DNA of 63,956 nt, filler included, from Octopus bimaculoides (taxonomy: Eukaryota), in the NCBI RefSeq assembly GCF_001194135.2. It is 4 parts of 3 records of this genome, joined end to end, with 100 filler letters (N's around TTAATTAATTAA, not from the genome) between each part and the next. Parts side by side here need not be neighbours in the genome. Positions count along the whole stretch, not along the records: positions 23,445 to 42,407 come from NC_068998.1; positions 42,508 to 55,643 come from NC_068982.1; 2 more parts are not named here. One strand, written 5' to 3'. Every line of letters starts with the position of its first letter. The first letter of the stretch is position 1. The notes under the pieces are model-generated. The model was given only the letters and a program-made list of their open reading frames with translations. It had not been told where the DNA came from and did no database searches. A program made the position numbers and the translations under genes. This document shows, piece by piece, positions 37,561 to 50,429 of this stretch.

Positions 37561-38475
37561 TGGAACCATCACCAACAAGGACACCTTTCAAGACAAATTA
37601 CTAAAATTCCAAACTTGTTTTATTCTTTAACCTTGTAGTTCAAATCTTACTATAGAGAAAGTGTACTGCATGCCTATGTGTGTGTGTGTGTTTAAACATA
37701 TGGATGTGTATAGATGTCTGTACTTATATGCATGTAAATTGTGTGTGTGTGTGTGCATGTGTGAAGTCTATATGTACAAAATGCTACTTTATATGTAACT
37801 GCTCCATCAAACAGGCATGCTATCGATAGAACACGAATACACCTTGAAATTACCTGTCAGTATGATTATCTCTCTCTATTTTTCTCCTCCCTGTCTCATC
37901 TCCACATGTTTCTTTCTCTCTCTCACCTTTTCTCTCTCTTCCTCTCTTGCTTATGACTCAGAATATGGAAGAATTGTCTAAATTGTGAAAGTATACATTT
38001 AGTAAGGCTGCATTTGATGTAAGTGTTTGCACACATGCATTAGTGTACTGTGTACTGTGTAAGTGGCTTTGTATGTTTTTATGTTTTTGAAACAGCACTT
38101 AGGTGTGTTGCGAGTGTGATATGACAATTTGGAAATGTCATAGATGGTCAAGTAATGAAAATGGATACGACATCAGGGTAGAAAGGTTTCTCTGAAGGAA
38201 TGTTTGTCAGTAGAATCATGCATCATACATGCAATTGCGTGTTTGAGTGTATGCATGTGTGTATACAGATATTTATACAAACTTATCTTTCTGTGAAGGA
38301 TTAGAACTATCCCATTTTTAGTTTTAAATAACGACATTAATGGTCAATATATTCAAATAAATGTAAAAGTTTGCTGCAAAATTCGAAAAGGATGGTCACA
38401 AATATAATCTTTGAATTAGCTTCTTCTGGTTAATTGACATTATTAACAGATGTAAGATTAGCGAAATGATGCCTA

Positions 38476-38557
38476 ATGCACGTGTGTCTACCATCAGAAT
38501 TTGTCTTAATCAGATGCTACTTATTATTATTCAGTCTACTTATGTTGACTACATCAG
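38476..38557 (+). CDS. Speculative signal-peptide-like first coding exon
   Basis: ATG..MHVCLPSEFVLIRCYLLLFSLLMLTTS then a phase-1 donor CAG|GTACGA, with an in-frame stop upstream. No downstream exon identified. Confidence 0.15.
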
Positions 38558-38869
38558 GTACGACGATGGGTGCACTAAATATCATTTTAATTGAACAATT
38601 TGTGTAAAATTATTCTCCCACTGTCTTCCTAAACATTGAGTTCCTTTCCATTGCTGGGATACTATGACTGTCAGTGTTTTCACCATCATCCACCCACATA
38701 CTTTTCAATCGTAGATGAAAAAGTTTTTTAAATTTTTACTTTTTATTTATACCAAAATTCAGGTAAATAACACATATTGAGTAAATTTTAAAGAATTCAA
38801 TATTCAATATGCTTAATTTTTGGCATGGATAAATAAAAATTTCCACCAAACCTTAGGTCACAATTTATG

Positions 38870-38985
38870 TTCCTAACGTTAACTTAATGATAACGAAGTT
38901 ATTTTACTAAATTCTTTGTTATATTTAAAATGAATTGAAAGAAACACAGAGCGTCTCAACAGAAATATGGTAACAAAAGGGTTAA
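38870..38985. mobile_element. Possible piggyBac-like MITE terminus
   Basis: Ends in aacaaaaggg|TTAA. No partner end found. Confidence 0.35.
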
Positions 38986-39002
38986 AAGAATAAAAAAATA
39001 AT

Positions 39003-39160
39003 CCTTTGTACTACAGCCACAGATCTGAAATTCTTGGGTAGGGAGTAACTTGATTATATTGACCCCCAGCGCTCAAATGGTACTTATTTCATGAAATCCC
39101 AAAAGGATAAAAGACAAAGTTGATTTTGGTAGAACTTGAAATCGGAATGTAAAGACTAAA
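39003..39160 (-). mobile_element. Old family B2 SINE, CpG-eroded
   Basis: ttgattatattgacccc...tggtacttattt...aaagacaaagttgat...ttgaa. Confidence 0.55.
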
Positions 39161-41334
39161 AATGATCTTAGCACAATTCACAAAATATTTCTGACATGAA
39201 TTGCACCAAGAACACTTGTGCTGCAATTCACTCTAATTAAAATGATACATCCCTTCAGTTCTCCAAGTTATTATAACGTACCATAGGTTTTAACCTCTGG
39301 TATACTAAGACAGTGTCTCTGTTTTGTGCCTATTCCATCATTGCTACAATGTCCTCTAGACTAACAAATTCCATCCCATCTTCACTTGACAAAGCCATCT
39401 CCCTTCTTCTCATTACCTCTACTATGTCTCACTCAAAGGCAAATTACTAGCAATTTTTTCCCAGGATTTCCTCCTCAGAACATCAACTCAAATTCTCTCT
39501 TTACTCAGCAGTTTCCAGAAAATGTTAACTATTGAAAATTCACTGTATTGTTCTGACTAATTTCCTAGACCCTGCAAAGATAGTGAGCCCTCCACCTTCC
39601 CCTTGACAAATATAACAGCAAATATTCAGATAATTTCTATAAGCTATACGAACATCGATATAATAATGAAAATTGTTGTATACAGTGCTCAGGTGCACTA
39701 CTAGGTATCAGAAAGCATAGCCAAAAGTTCACGAACAGTAGATAGAATAGGATGTCAATGAAAAAAAAAAAGTGGAGAGATCAGGTGTATTGTTGGTGAA
39801 TTTCAACAGTACAATTCTAATTCTCTAATGAGTTTGAAGAAAGTTGCAGCAGTGCAGATAATAACCAAAGTATTAATTATAAACTAAGAGTGATCATTAT
39901 AAAGTTCAAATATTCATTAGAGTGACAAGACCATAACTAGAAAGAGGAAAGCCATGCGTATAAGTGTTGTATTCCTTTCAACTATTTGTGGTTTTATCTC
40001 ATTCACAATATACCATTTGTAGTTTTATCCACCTACACAGTTCTGAAAATGGATTTTATGTTTAACTTTCAATACAGTTCACTGAATGTAAAAATCACAA
40101 GCTGCCAGCAATCAGCAGAACACAATATTAATCATCACTTTAATTGAGCAAGCCTATGATCAAAGATGTCCAGGCTGCGTCCATTTTATGTTCTGTGTTC
40201 TGCCTTTCAGCCAGTTTGTATCTAGGTTGTCATTCTCTGATTCAGCCTTCTTTTTTTGTTGTTGTTGCTTAGTCCCTAGTTAGTCTATATTAAAATTATA
40301 GTCAATGGTATTCTAACTATTACCATCCTGTCTTTCTTACTTTTTTACTAATATGATGTGCCTAGGACTGCATTATCAAGGCAGCAATGTATAGTTAGAG
40401 GGAAATTTGGCTGATATTTCTAGCATTTTAAGCAACTACAAACAGGTTTCCCTCATTCACTCATTTCTCTGTTTGTAGCATCAGAACACACTAGTTAACC
40501 TTTGTTTCTGATATCAAATTCCCTACCTAAACATAGACTACTATATTTACATAACCTTCCTACAAGTATAGTACAACTCTCCTGGTTTACTACAAACCGT
40601 TTTTACCTTTAGTTTCTGTAGAGTTTCAAATTTCCTCCTCTATATTCAGTTCTCATTCTGTGCTGAGACGAGATTCTGCGTTTTTGTGTTTGTTTTACAT
40701 GTAATTTCCTTGTTAACATAGCTGGATAATGTATTTTATTTATTTGTATTTAAATTTGTATCTTTGGCTTACTTATTCATAATTCAGCAAGAATATTCTT
40801 TTCCCCCATTTTGTTAAAACCGTTCATGTGTACAGTAGACTCAGGAAATATTCTGCAAGTCTGATGGAATGGAATAAACAGTTTTTGTTCCTTACTGGCT
40901 TCACTCATTCTATTCCTTTCAAGTGTCATTCTACACTTTCTTTCCAAGCATCATTCAATTCAGTAATTCCCCAAAATTTCATGAATTACAAGCAAATTTC
41001 AAGACCTCTTTCAGCTCCATCATTTATGCCAAGTCTGTCTGTCTACCTCTGTGTGTGTGTCTCTCTCTCCTATGCCTTGTCTACTTATATGCAATGTATA
41101 TATAAAAAAATAAATATACCAATACATTATATTGTCTTTGAGTTTTTAAAGTTCAATGGTAATCCATGTAGATAATGATTGGAAAAATAAGGATGCATGA
41201 AAATTAAGAGTTGTGTTAGGTTTAAAAAAAGAGAAAGGGGGCTAAAAGTTTGTGTTAAGCAGGAAATGTGGTGTCAAAACAGGAAGTGTGTGTAAGGGGA
41301 GACAAATCTTTTTAGTTGGAGTTATGAACGCTTT

Positions 41335-41394
41335 GTCAACAGGAAGTTTATGTCACCTTATTTCTCTAGGAACAGACATAAACTTCCTGTTAAC
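41335..41394. repeat. 20-bp inverted repeat with a 20-bp spacer abutting a gap
   Basis: gtcaacaggaagtttatgtc / gacataaacttcctgttaac (19 of 20 match). Confidence 0.88.
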
Positions 41395-41847
41395 NNNNNN
41401 NNNNNNNNNNNNNNNNNNNNNNNNNNNNNNNNNNNNNNNNNNNNNNNNNNNNNNNNNNNNNNNNNNNNNNNNNNNNNNNNNNNNNNNNNNNNNNNNNNNN
41501 NNNNNNNNNNNNNNNNNNNNNNNNNNNNNNNNNNNNNNNNNNNNNNNNNNNNNNNNNNNNNNNNNNNNNNNNNNNNNNNNNNNNNNNNNNNNNNNNNNNN
41601 NNNNNNNNNNNNNNNNNNNNNNNNNNNNNNNNNNNNNNNNNNNNNNNNNNNNNNNNNNNNNNNNNNNNNNNNNNNNNNNNNNNNNNNNNNNNNNNNNNNN
41701 NNNNNNNNNNNNNNNNNNNNNNNNNNNNNNNNNNNNNNNNNNNNNNNNNNNNNNNNNNNNNNNNNNNNNNNNNNNNNNNNNNNNNNNNNNNNNNNNNNNN
41801 NNNNNNNNNNNNNNNNNNNNNNNNNNNNNNNNNNNNNNNNNNNNNNN

Positions 41848-41891
<44 letters not shown>

Positions 41892-42375
41892 TATATATAT
41901 GTGTGTATGAGTGTTTGTATCTTTATGCTAACAATAAGCTTGCTATTTTGTATCTAAGATTTACTCTCAGGCCAGGGGTCAGCCTGTAGGTCTAGTAGAA
42001 TACATTTACTGTGCAGTGCAACGAAACCTCAATTTTTTGGTTCCACAACACACTTCTTAATCACAGTGTCATGCCTACATTTAATGTATGGATCTCTTTC
42101 TCCCTCCCTCTTTCCTCTCTCTCTCTATATATATGTGTATATATATATTTATATATATATATGTATGTATTTATGCTATCGTTACTTATATATATATATA
42201 TAGGTAAATGATAGGATTGCTTCAATATTTCAGGGGTAGTCTGAAGTATCTAAGCAGCCAGGGGATAGTTAAATCCGAAGGCACTCCTGGAAATTACTTG
42301 TGTGGGTACCGTCTTCGTTAGAAGGTATCCAGAGGCAGGTAATTTATTGTTTAAACCGCAGTTTATAATTATAAT

Positions 42376-42407
<32 letters not shown>

Positions 42408-42507
42408 NNNNNNNNNNNNNNNNNNNNNNNNNNNNNNNNNNNNNNNNNNNNTTAATTAATTAANNNNNNNNNNNNNNNNNNNNNNNNNNNNNNNNNNNNN
42501 NNNNNNN
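42408..42507. other. Artificial scaffold spacer N44-TTAATTAATTAA-N44
   Basis: Same construct as at 23345. Confidence 0.95.
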
Positions 42508-42549
<42 letters not shown>

Positions 42550-43015
42550 CACATATAACTAAGTATGCATGAGTGCGTTTGTGTGCCTGCGTGAGTGCGT
42601 AAGTGTTCATTATGTAAACGCACTCCTCAGCCTTGCACAAAGATAAAAGTTATTTCTAGATACACGGAATGTAAATTGATAGCTTATTAGATTACCGAAT
42701 GACTTCCACTTCATATTTTCATACCTGATGTCTACGTAATAATTCCTAACACACACACACACACACGCACATACACACACACAAATTCATATGTATGTAT
42801 GTATGTATATATGTATGCATGTATGTATGTATGTATGTATATGAATACGTATATATGCAGCAGCAGGCATAAGCAATTCATCTTTCAAGAAGGAATTTTT
42901 CAAAACGCTCTGTAAGCTAGTTTTCTCTAAATGCAGACGAACAAGATGCTATAAAAACAAGACAATTATATAATACACATATCATGTATGTATGCATATG
43001 TATATTTAGCTACGT

Positions 43016-43059
<44 letters not shown>

Positions 43060-44171
43060 NNNNNNNNNNNNNNNNNNNNNNNNNNNNNNNNNNNNNNNNN
43101 NNNNNNNNNNNNNNNNNNNNNNNNNNNNNNNNNNNNNNNNNNNNNNNNNNNNNNNNNNNNNNNNNNNNNNNNNNNNNNNNNNNNNNNNNNNNNNNNNNNN
43201 NNNNNNNNNNNNNNNNNNNNNNNNNNNNNNNNNNNNNNNNNNNNNNNNNNNNNNNNNNNNNNNNNNNNNNNNNNNNNNNNNNNNNNNNNNNNNNNNNNNN
43301 NNNNNNNNNNNNNNNNNNNNNNNNNNNNNNNNNNNNNNNNNNNNNNNNNNNNNNNNNNNNNNNNNNNNNNNNNNNNNNNNNNNNNNNNNNNNNNNNNNNN
43401 NNNNNNNNNNNNNNNNNNNNNNNNNNNNNNNNNNNNNNNNNNNNNNNNNNNNNNNNNNNNNNNNNNNNNNNNNNNNNNNNNNNNNNNNNNNNNNNNNNNN
43501 NNNNNNNNNNNNNNNNNNNNNNNNNNNNNNNNNNNNNNNNNNNNNNNNNNNNNNNNNNNNNNNNNNNNNNNNNNNNNNNNNNNNNNNNNNNNNNNNNNNN
43601 NNNNNNNNNNNNNNNNNNNNNNNNNNNNNNNNNNNNNNNNNNNNNNNNNNNNNNNNNNNNNNNNNNNNNNNNNNNNNNNNNNNNNNNNNNNNNNNNNNNN
43701 NNNNNNNNNNNNNNNNNNNNNNNNNNNNNNNNNNNNNNNNNNNNNNNNNNNNNNNNNNNNNNNNNNNNNNNNNNNNNNNNNNNNNNNNNNNNNNNNNNNN
43801 NNNNNNNNNNNNNNNNNNNNNNNNNNNNNNNNNNNNNNNNNNNNNNNNNNNNNNNNNNNNNNNNNNNNNNNNNNNNNNNNNNNNNNNNNNNNNNNNNNNN
43901 NNNNNNNNNNNNNNNNNNNNNNNNNNNNNNNNNNNNNTATATATATTGTTCTGCAATTTTAGGATTTATAAATCTAGCTTTATAAGACGCTAACGTTAGA
44001 TTCAACTTACGAGGAAAGTAAACAAAGTTTGCTTTAGAAGCGTTGAGATGTATTGAAAGTTACAGAAATAATTTATTATCAAACGCCTGATAATGCTAAT
44101 AGAAAAGCATGAACAAGATAAACTATCCGCATATTGCAGAAATCTTAAAACTGCAGAACAATTCGTTACTG

Positions 44172-44243
44172 GGCATTTTAGCTTAAAGGTAAAGCACTTG
44201 ACGCGTAATCACAAGGATGTGAGTTCGAGTCTCATGGCTAGCC
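44172..44243 (+). pseudogene. tRNA-like sequence (Thr-CGT-like pseudogene or solo SINE head)
   Basis: D-arm GCTT/AAGC, loop cgCGTaa, intact T-arm GTGAG-TTCGAGT-CTCAT and a T6 run 8 nt downstream. Acceptor and anticodon stems pair poorly. Confidence 0.55.
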
Positions 44244-44386
44244 GGTAACGATTTTTTCTGCAATATATGGATAGTTTATCCTGTTCATGCTATTGTATTA
44301 GCATTATTTCTGTATCTTTCAATACATCTTCTAAAGCAAACTTTGTTAGTTTACTTTCATTGTAAGTTGAATATATATACATATAC

Positions 44387-44417
<31 letters not shown>

Positions 44418-44456
44418 CATTTATATATATATATATTCACGCATATATGTATGTAT

Positions 44457-44780
44457 ATGAAAGTGCGTGGTTTAGTGGTTAGGATATTCGGCCCACTATC
44501 GTGAGTTCGATTCCAGACGGCACGTTGTGTCCTTGAGTAAAACACTTTATTTCCCGTTGCTCCAGTACGCTCAGGTGCCAAAAATGAATAGTGACTGCAA
44601 TTGAAAGGGGCCATTCCCTGTCAAATTCTGTGTCGTGCTAAATCTCCCAGCGAACTACGTTAAGGTTACGCGCATTTGTAGAGTGCTCAGGCACTTACAC
44701 ATTAATTTCACGCACGAGCAGGCTGTACCACTGATCAGATCAACTGGAACGATCGTCGTCATAACCAACGATTGTCAGTT
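44457..44780 (+). mobile_element. SINE family C
   Basis: Homologous to 16750-17078. Confidence 0.82.
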
Positions 44781-44827
44781 AATGTATGCATGTATAGAGA
44801 GACAGGATGGGGGAAGGAAGCAGAGAG

Positions 44828-44973
44828 GCATAGATGTAGCTGTATGGTAAAGAACTTTGCTTTCCACCCATGTTCTGTCTTATTGCGCAGCACCTTGTAC
44901 AGGTGTTTTCTCCTTTAGCCCCAGGCTGATCCAGCCCTTTTAAGTGGGTTCGGTAGACAGAAACTGAAAGAAG
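44828..44973 (+). mobile_element. Diverged SINE family A 5' fragment
   Basis: Ends ggtagacagaaactgaaagaag. Confidence 0.6.
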
Positions 44974-44976
44974 ATG

Positions 44977-45089
44977 GGTGGCGAGCTGGCAAAAATGTTA
45001 GCACGCCGGGCGAATGCTTTGCGGTATTTCGTCTGCCGCTACGTTCTGAGTTCAAAGTTCACAGAGGTCGACTTTGCCTTTCATCCTTT
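44977..45089 (+). mobile_element. SINE family B head and start of core
   Basis: ggcgagctggca...gttagcacgccgggcgaa...gaggtcgactttgcctttcatcctttcg. Confidence 0.85.
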
Positions 45090-46985
45090 CGCAGAAGCGA
45101 GAATTCATGTTTTCCGCTGTCATTTACATTAAACTGCCAAGACGTTGGCAGGTAAGTCTAGTTTTTATACGCAAATCTGTTGGGTTGACCATCCAAACCA
45201 GGCGATTTCTCCCACTAACTCTGTCTCAACTGCTGTTATCGATTTTCGCAGTAACTCAAATCTTTTATCAGGAGATGCAGTAGGCTGTCGATGTAAACAA
45301 TAACGTTCACAATCCTCTCAGTTCTGTCACTCGCTCCGAGCAGTTGAACAACTTGCCACGAGTCGTTAACGATTTTCCCCGTCAATTATTGCCAAATTTC
45401 TTAATTTTGTTTCTGAATGATTTGCGCGTCGGGAACGATGGAAACAACTTCCAGTAACCTAGTTATCTACCCGGCACCTTTAGGTTAGACACCCTTCGCC
45501 ATCTCTATCCGTTGGCTTAACAACTATTTTATCGTGATTCGATCCTGATAACCCAATGCTGCTGGTCTATAGTCACACTAGTACATTCAGGAAATTCAGT
45601 CGCTACCTGTCAGACAGTTAGAACTGTGATTGCAGTGTTAACGTTACCTTCTCATATGGTTAAACCCTTAAAATCCCGGTGTGTACTTAAATCTCCCAGT
45701 TGTACTGAAGAAAGTGACATTATCAACAAGATTCTAGACATTTGATGAAATCTGGCTCAGTTAGGGGAATAGAAGTACCACTAAATTAAAGATACTACCT
45801 TCGCTGCTGTTGATGTTTAATAGGAACAGCTTACCATGCGGGTCCACGAGTATCGTCCAGTTCTAATTTTTTTCGAAACAACACTGCTACAAACTGCTCG
45901 TTCCTGACCGGCCATAAGATTGGTACACTGTAGTCAGTGAAGATGGACGCGAGTGTGTGCATCCCAGAAAAACTTAGTGACTTCAAGTCGGTAAGCAAGT
46001 AACTCCAGGCCACGTACATTTATAGATACTATTTTAAGAGCCGTTGGCTGGAAGACAATTGATTCCACTCACCTAGGTTATAGAAAAAGACAATCCGGAC
46101 TTCTCGGCAGAGAGGTCTTGTTGTACGTTCTGTTTTTAAACTTACTCACGTTTCCTATTTTTCTGACCGTCAACAATCTGTTTGATGGAGTTTGGGGAAC
46201 GAATTCGTCAGAGGCTTCCCCACATGTTTGTTTTTGTACTGTGTTATGTACTCCTTCATTTCATTGTTACATCTATTTACAACAGTGACGGCAATGAGAG
46301 AATTACTGTATGCTTGGCTATTGGTGCTGCTGTTGCTGTTGTTTTTGTTGTTCCTTTTATATTTTTGCTGTGGTTTTTTTATTTGCGTGTTTTCCCCTTG
46401 TTTTTGTTTTTGGTTGCGGATTTAGATGTTTGTTTTCCCAGTTATTGTTGTTATTGCGATGGCGGCGGCGGCGGCGGTGGTGGTGGCGGTGGTGGTGGTG
46501 GTGGTGGTGGCGTTGGTATTGGTACTAATGANNNNNNNNNNNNNNNNNNNNNNNNNNNNNNNNNNNNNNNNNNNNNNNNNNNNNNNNNNNNNNNNNNNNN
46601 NNNNNNNNNNNNNNNNNNNNNNNNNNNNNNNNNNNNNNNNNNNNNNNNNNNNNNNNNNNNNNNNNNNNNNNNNNNNNNNNNNNNNNNNNNNNNNNNNNNN
46701 NNNNNNNNNNNNNNNNNNNNNNNNNNNNNNNNNNNNNNNNNNNNNNNNNNNNNNNNNNNNNNNNNNNNNNNNNNNNNNNNNNNNNNNNNNNNNNNNNNNN
46801 NNNNNNNNNNNNNNNNNNNNNNNNNNNNNNNNNNNNNNNNNNNNNNNNNNNNNNNNNNNNNNNNNNNNNNNNNNNNNNNNNNNNNNNNNNNNNNNNNNNN
46901 NNNNNNNNNNNNNNNNNNNNNNNNNNNNNNNNNNNNNNNNNNNNNNNNNNNNNNNNNNNNNNNNNNNNNNNNNNNNNNNNNNNNN

Positions 46986-47030
<45 letters not shown>

Positions 47031-47838
47031 TCCCACTCTCTCGTTTCATATTTATTCTTCACAAAAGCTTCTCATACAATTCAAATGTTCCGTGTGTTGT
47101 GATGATTTTAATAAAAACCCTTCATACTCCTGATCTTTCAGAAGCTGTGATGCAGCCATCAAACAGATCCAATTGCTAAACAATTGACATACTTTTATGA
47201 ATTGCTTTACTGTGAATACTGAAATAAACAGAGCACTGATGTATGTGTGTGTGTGTGTGTGTATGTATATACTGGTGTGAATAGACGAGCAGAGATAGTT
47301 ATATATCGTGTAATGAATTCTTTAGAGATATCTACGGAAAACATATATTTATTGTTATTTATCTCAAGACTCATCTTTTCATATTAAAATATCAGAGTAA
47401 GAGCTTAACGTTCTCTTGTGTGTTGATCTAACTGCAAATAGTTTGTTTAACAAGGTTATACGAGAAATTTCGCTTTCTCTTTTTTCACATTCTGCATGGG
47501 AACGCTAAATATGCATTACGAGTATTTGTAGTGCTGCAAGCAGTGCTGCATAGATGGTTAACTACGGTAAAAATATATATCTGTAATACATGTTCGTTTC
47601 CGACTAATACCTTTTTTTTTTCTTTTGCTGTCTTCATTAATTTATAATTTCATTTTTCTATCTGTACCATACTGCAAGAAATGGACTTCTTAATGGTACA
47701 CGTGAGCGTAAAATGCAACTTGAAACGTCTCTCCACAGTGAGACAATAAACGTCCGGTTTGCAACAAGACTTAATCTACATAGTCACATGGGGATCTACA
47801 GAAGTTGAATCTTTGTCTCAGAGGGATTACTTTGTCTC

Positions 47839-48139
47839 AGACTTATTCTTTGTAAGCCTAGTACTGATTCTATCGGTCTCTTTTGCCGAACCGCTAAGTG
47901 ACGGGGACATAAACACACCAGCATCGGTTGTCAAGAAATGCTAGGGGGACAAACACAGACACACACACATATACGACGGGCTTTTTTCAGCTTCCGTCTA
48001 CCAAATCCACTCACAAGGTTTTGGTCGGCCCGAAGCTATAGTAGAAGACACTTGCCCGAGGTGCCACGCAGTGGGACTGAACCCGGAACTATGCAGTTGG
48101 TAAGCAAGCTACTTACCACACAGCCACTCCTGCGCCTAT
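47839..48139 (-). mobile_element. SINE family A lacking the 3' tip
   Basis: High similarity to the reference copy. Confidence 0.9.
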
Positions 48140-49597
48140 GCTGACAATTATATACAAATACATAGGAAAACATGTATTTCCCCATATAAATATATTTGTG
48201 CATAACATGAAAATGACAAGCAAATAAAGATTGGGTACTTGTAATTTTTCCAGTGATAGGCAACTTTAATAAACCATAGTACTGTATGGTCTCACATATA
48301 TATGTTGAAAAACCTCGATTAATAAGCGTTATCTAAGTAACTAGGAGACAAAAACACTCTCTTAAATCAAAAAGTACGGCAGATAAATCCAATAATTTAT
48401 TGGATGTTCATATAAATCTATTGTTTTAGATGAGTGAGGGTTCTTGGTGTTTCATAAGCTACCATTTATTGGAGTAATGAACTGTGCTTTTCTCAGAAGT
48501 ATTAGCCACATAAAAGAACCGAAAGTGTATCTATCGAACTACGTTGTACCTCCATGTTTTTCCATTGTTGTACTTGGTCGAAGACTAAAGGCTGGTTTCT
48601 TTTGGAATTACAGAAATATACAAATGAATGTAAAGATTATTGCTTTTGTCATAACTGATGATATCGTCTTCAGTTGAGAACTGGTAAGTATATATAATAT
48701 CTAGAAAAGGATAGCCTTAATCCAGTGATCTGCTTAATCCTCACTGCCCGACCATTAGGTGTCTTTAGCAGAATCCACTTTTATTCCACTCATGACACGG
48801 TTTGAAAATATCGGAAAATATGAAAAGTAATGTAAATAAACATGTCATACTAAAATCAGATATGTTGTTCATTACTTATGTTAACCAAGTAAGGGCAACT
48901 CTACATATGTTTCACCTTTGTTAAAACTCTTTAGTAAAAGTTTAGTCGCACTGTAAATTACCTTCATTAAATTTCTAAGTGAATAGCCTAAAAGGTACAT
49001 CTGTTGTGGTATAGCAAGTGATTTGCTGGAAAAACACATTAATCATTCACATAAGTTATAGTCTCGCGAAGTATAAGTGTATCCTAGAAGAGGTAGCACA
49101 TATGGTGTAGGCATTTCTCTTGTTCCCTCGAAAACAAGTCGTTACATTTAGTCTCCCACTAATACTTAGATCTCACCTGTGGCTCCAAAAAGCTGTAACA
49201 TGCAAAGCGACAAGATCCCATCAAATATCTTTGTTAAGAGGATTAAATAAACATAATGAAAATAAAGGGGGGGGGGTAAGAGCATATCTACCCTAACATG
49301 TAAAGACAGTCTCTGGTGGACAAAGAAGAACGTAAGTCCAACGGTCAAGAAAGTGGTTTCGGTAATTTTATTGAACGCCGATAGCACATTGACACATTAT
49401 AAATGTTCTGGTCATCAGTCACAGCATCCGGACTTACCTCCGGCAGTTCTAACTTAATCTTGCTTCTGAATCAAGACCGGCCAGGACATGAATGTGAGGT
49501 TTTCCCCCCGTAAGTTATATAATATCATGGTCTAAATCCTAAGGAAGGATGGATAAATAGAATAGTTTAAGTGAATAGAAACATAGATTCAGTTATA

Positions 49598-49779
49598 TGA
49601 GGGCTTGCTGAAAAGTTCCTGGCTTTAAGGGCGTCGCGAAAGGCCTGGTTGGAAAATCTGAAGGACTGCTGTAATAAGTGTGTGAATCTGAGAGGAGAAT
49701 ACGCCGAATAAAATTATTATTGACTGATCCTCCTGTATTTTCTTTTACCCAAAGCCAGGAACTTTTCAGCACACCCTCG
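49598..49779 (+). mobile_element. 182-bp mariner MITE retaining a transposase C-terminal scrap
   Basis: TA|tgagggcttgctgaaaagttcctggcttt ... aaagccaggaacttttcagcacaccctcg|TA, with internal LKDCCNKCVNLRGEYAE*. Confidence 0.85.
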
Positions 49780-50157
49780 TATATGTTGTCGCATTGCCAC
49801 AAACATAAAGTCATAACCGAGTTAATCGATAAGGTGACTAACTGTCAGAAGGTCGAACAGTAATATCTTACAAATAGCAATTTATTCCGTGGTTCTGATG
49901 CTGTTTTGTCATGTCTTTAGATGAAAAGCCACGTTACTCTACTGGATCGTTAGATCAACATGGAATACGTCATCAATATGCGTGAAGAGCGTGTCGGACC
50001 GGCACAGCTTATTCCAGCAACTTAGAAATGACTGTAACAGGAAATGACTTATCAAAGAATCGAACTTGATTAGCAGATTCCTTTTGCCGAGCATTTACTA
50101 CAAATTTTCAGCATTTGCCAAAGTCTAATACACTTAGTTGTGGCTAACCCTGATTAA

Positions 50158-50429
50158 CCCATAAACTGCGATAGGCCACCTCAGTGGCCAACGCGACAGT
50201 GCGACAGGCCACGTTCGTGGCCACGGAAGTAGGGCATGATCTGACCTAATTTTGATGACGTATAATGTATGCACACGTTACCCTTTCACCCCAGAAACAG
50301 TGTAGCCAATTACAGAAGGTGTTAAGAAACACTGAGTATTTTTTTCGAGTGATAGATCGATGTTGATCTTTACCCAAAATAGGCTCAGCAGTTCGTGTTA
50401 CATACAGCAAAATCCCAGCAGTTTATGGG
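50158..50429. mobile_element. 272-bp piggyBac-like MITE
   Basis: TTAA|CCCATAAACTGC ... GCAGTTTATGGG|TTAA: perfect 12-bp TIRs and a TTAA duplication. Confidence 0.88.

Noticed and set aside
45450-45900. Possible CR1/L2 RT remnant (CCWSIVTLVH, TLPSHMVK)
   Set aside because: Resemblance is limited to two short peptides, and the expected downstream YLDF.KAFD motif is not seen.
48619-48690. AG...GTAAGT-bounded candidate exon
   Set aside because: Stops in all three frames.
49178-49465. Two tiny minus-strand candidate exons (SKIKLELPE / IFDGILSLCMLQLFGAT) with good donors
   Set aside because: Acceptors are weak, the peptide is unrecognisable, and such matches are expected by chance.
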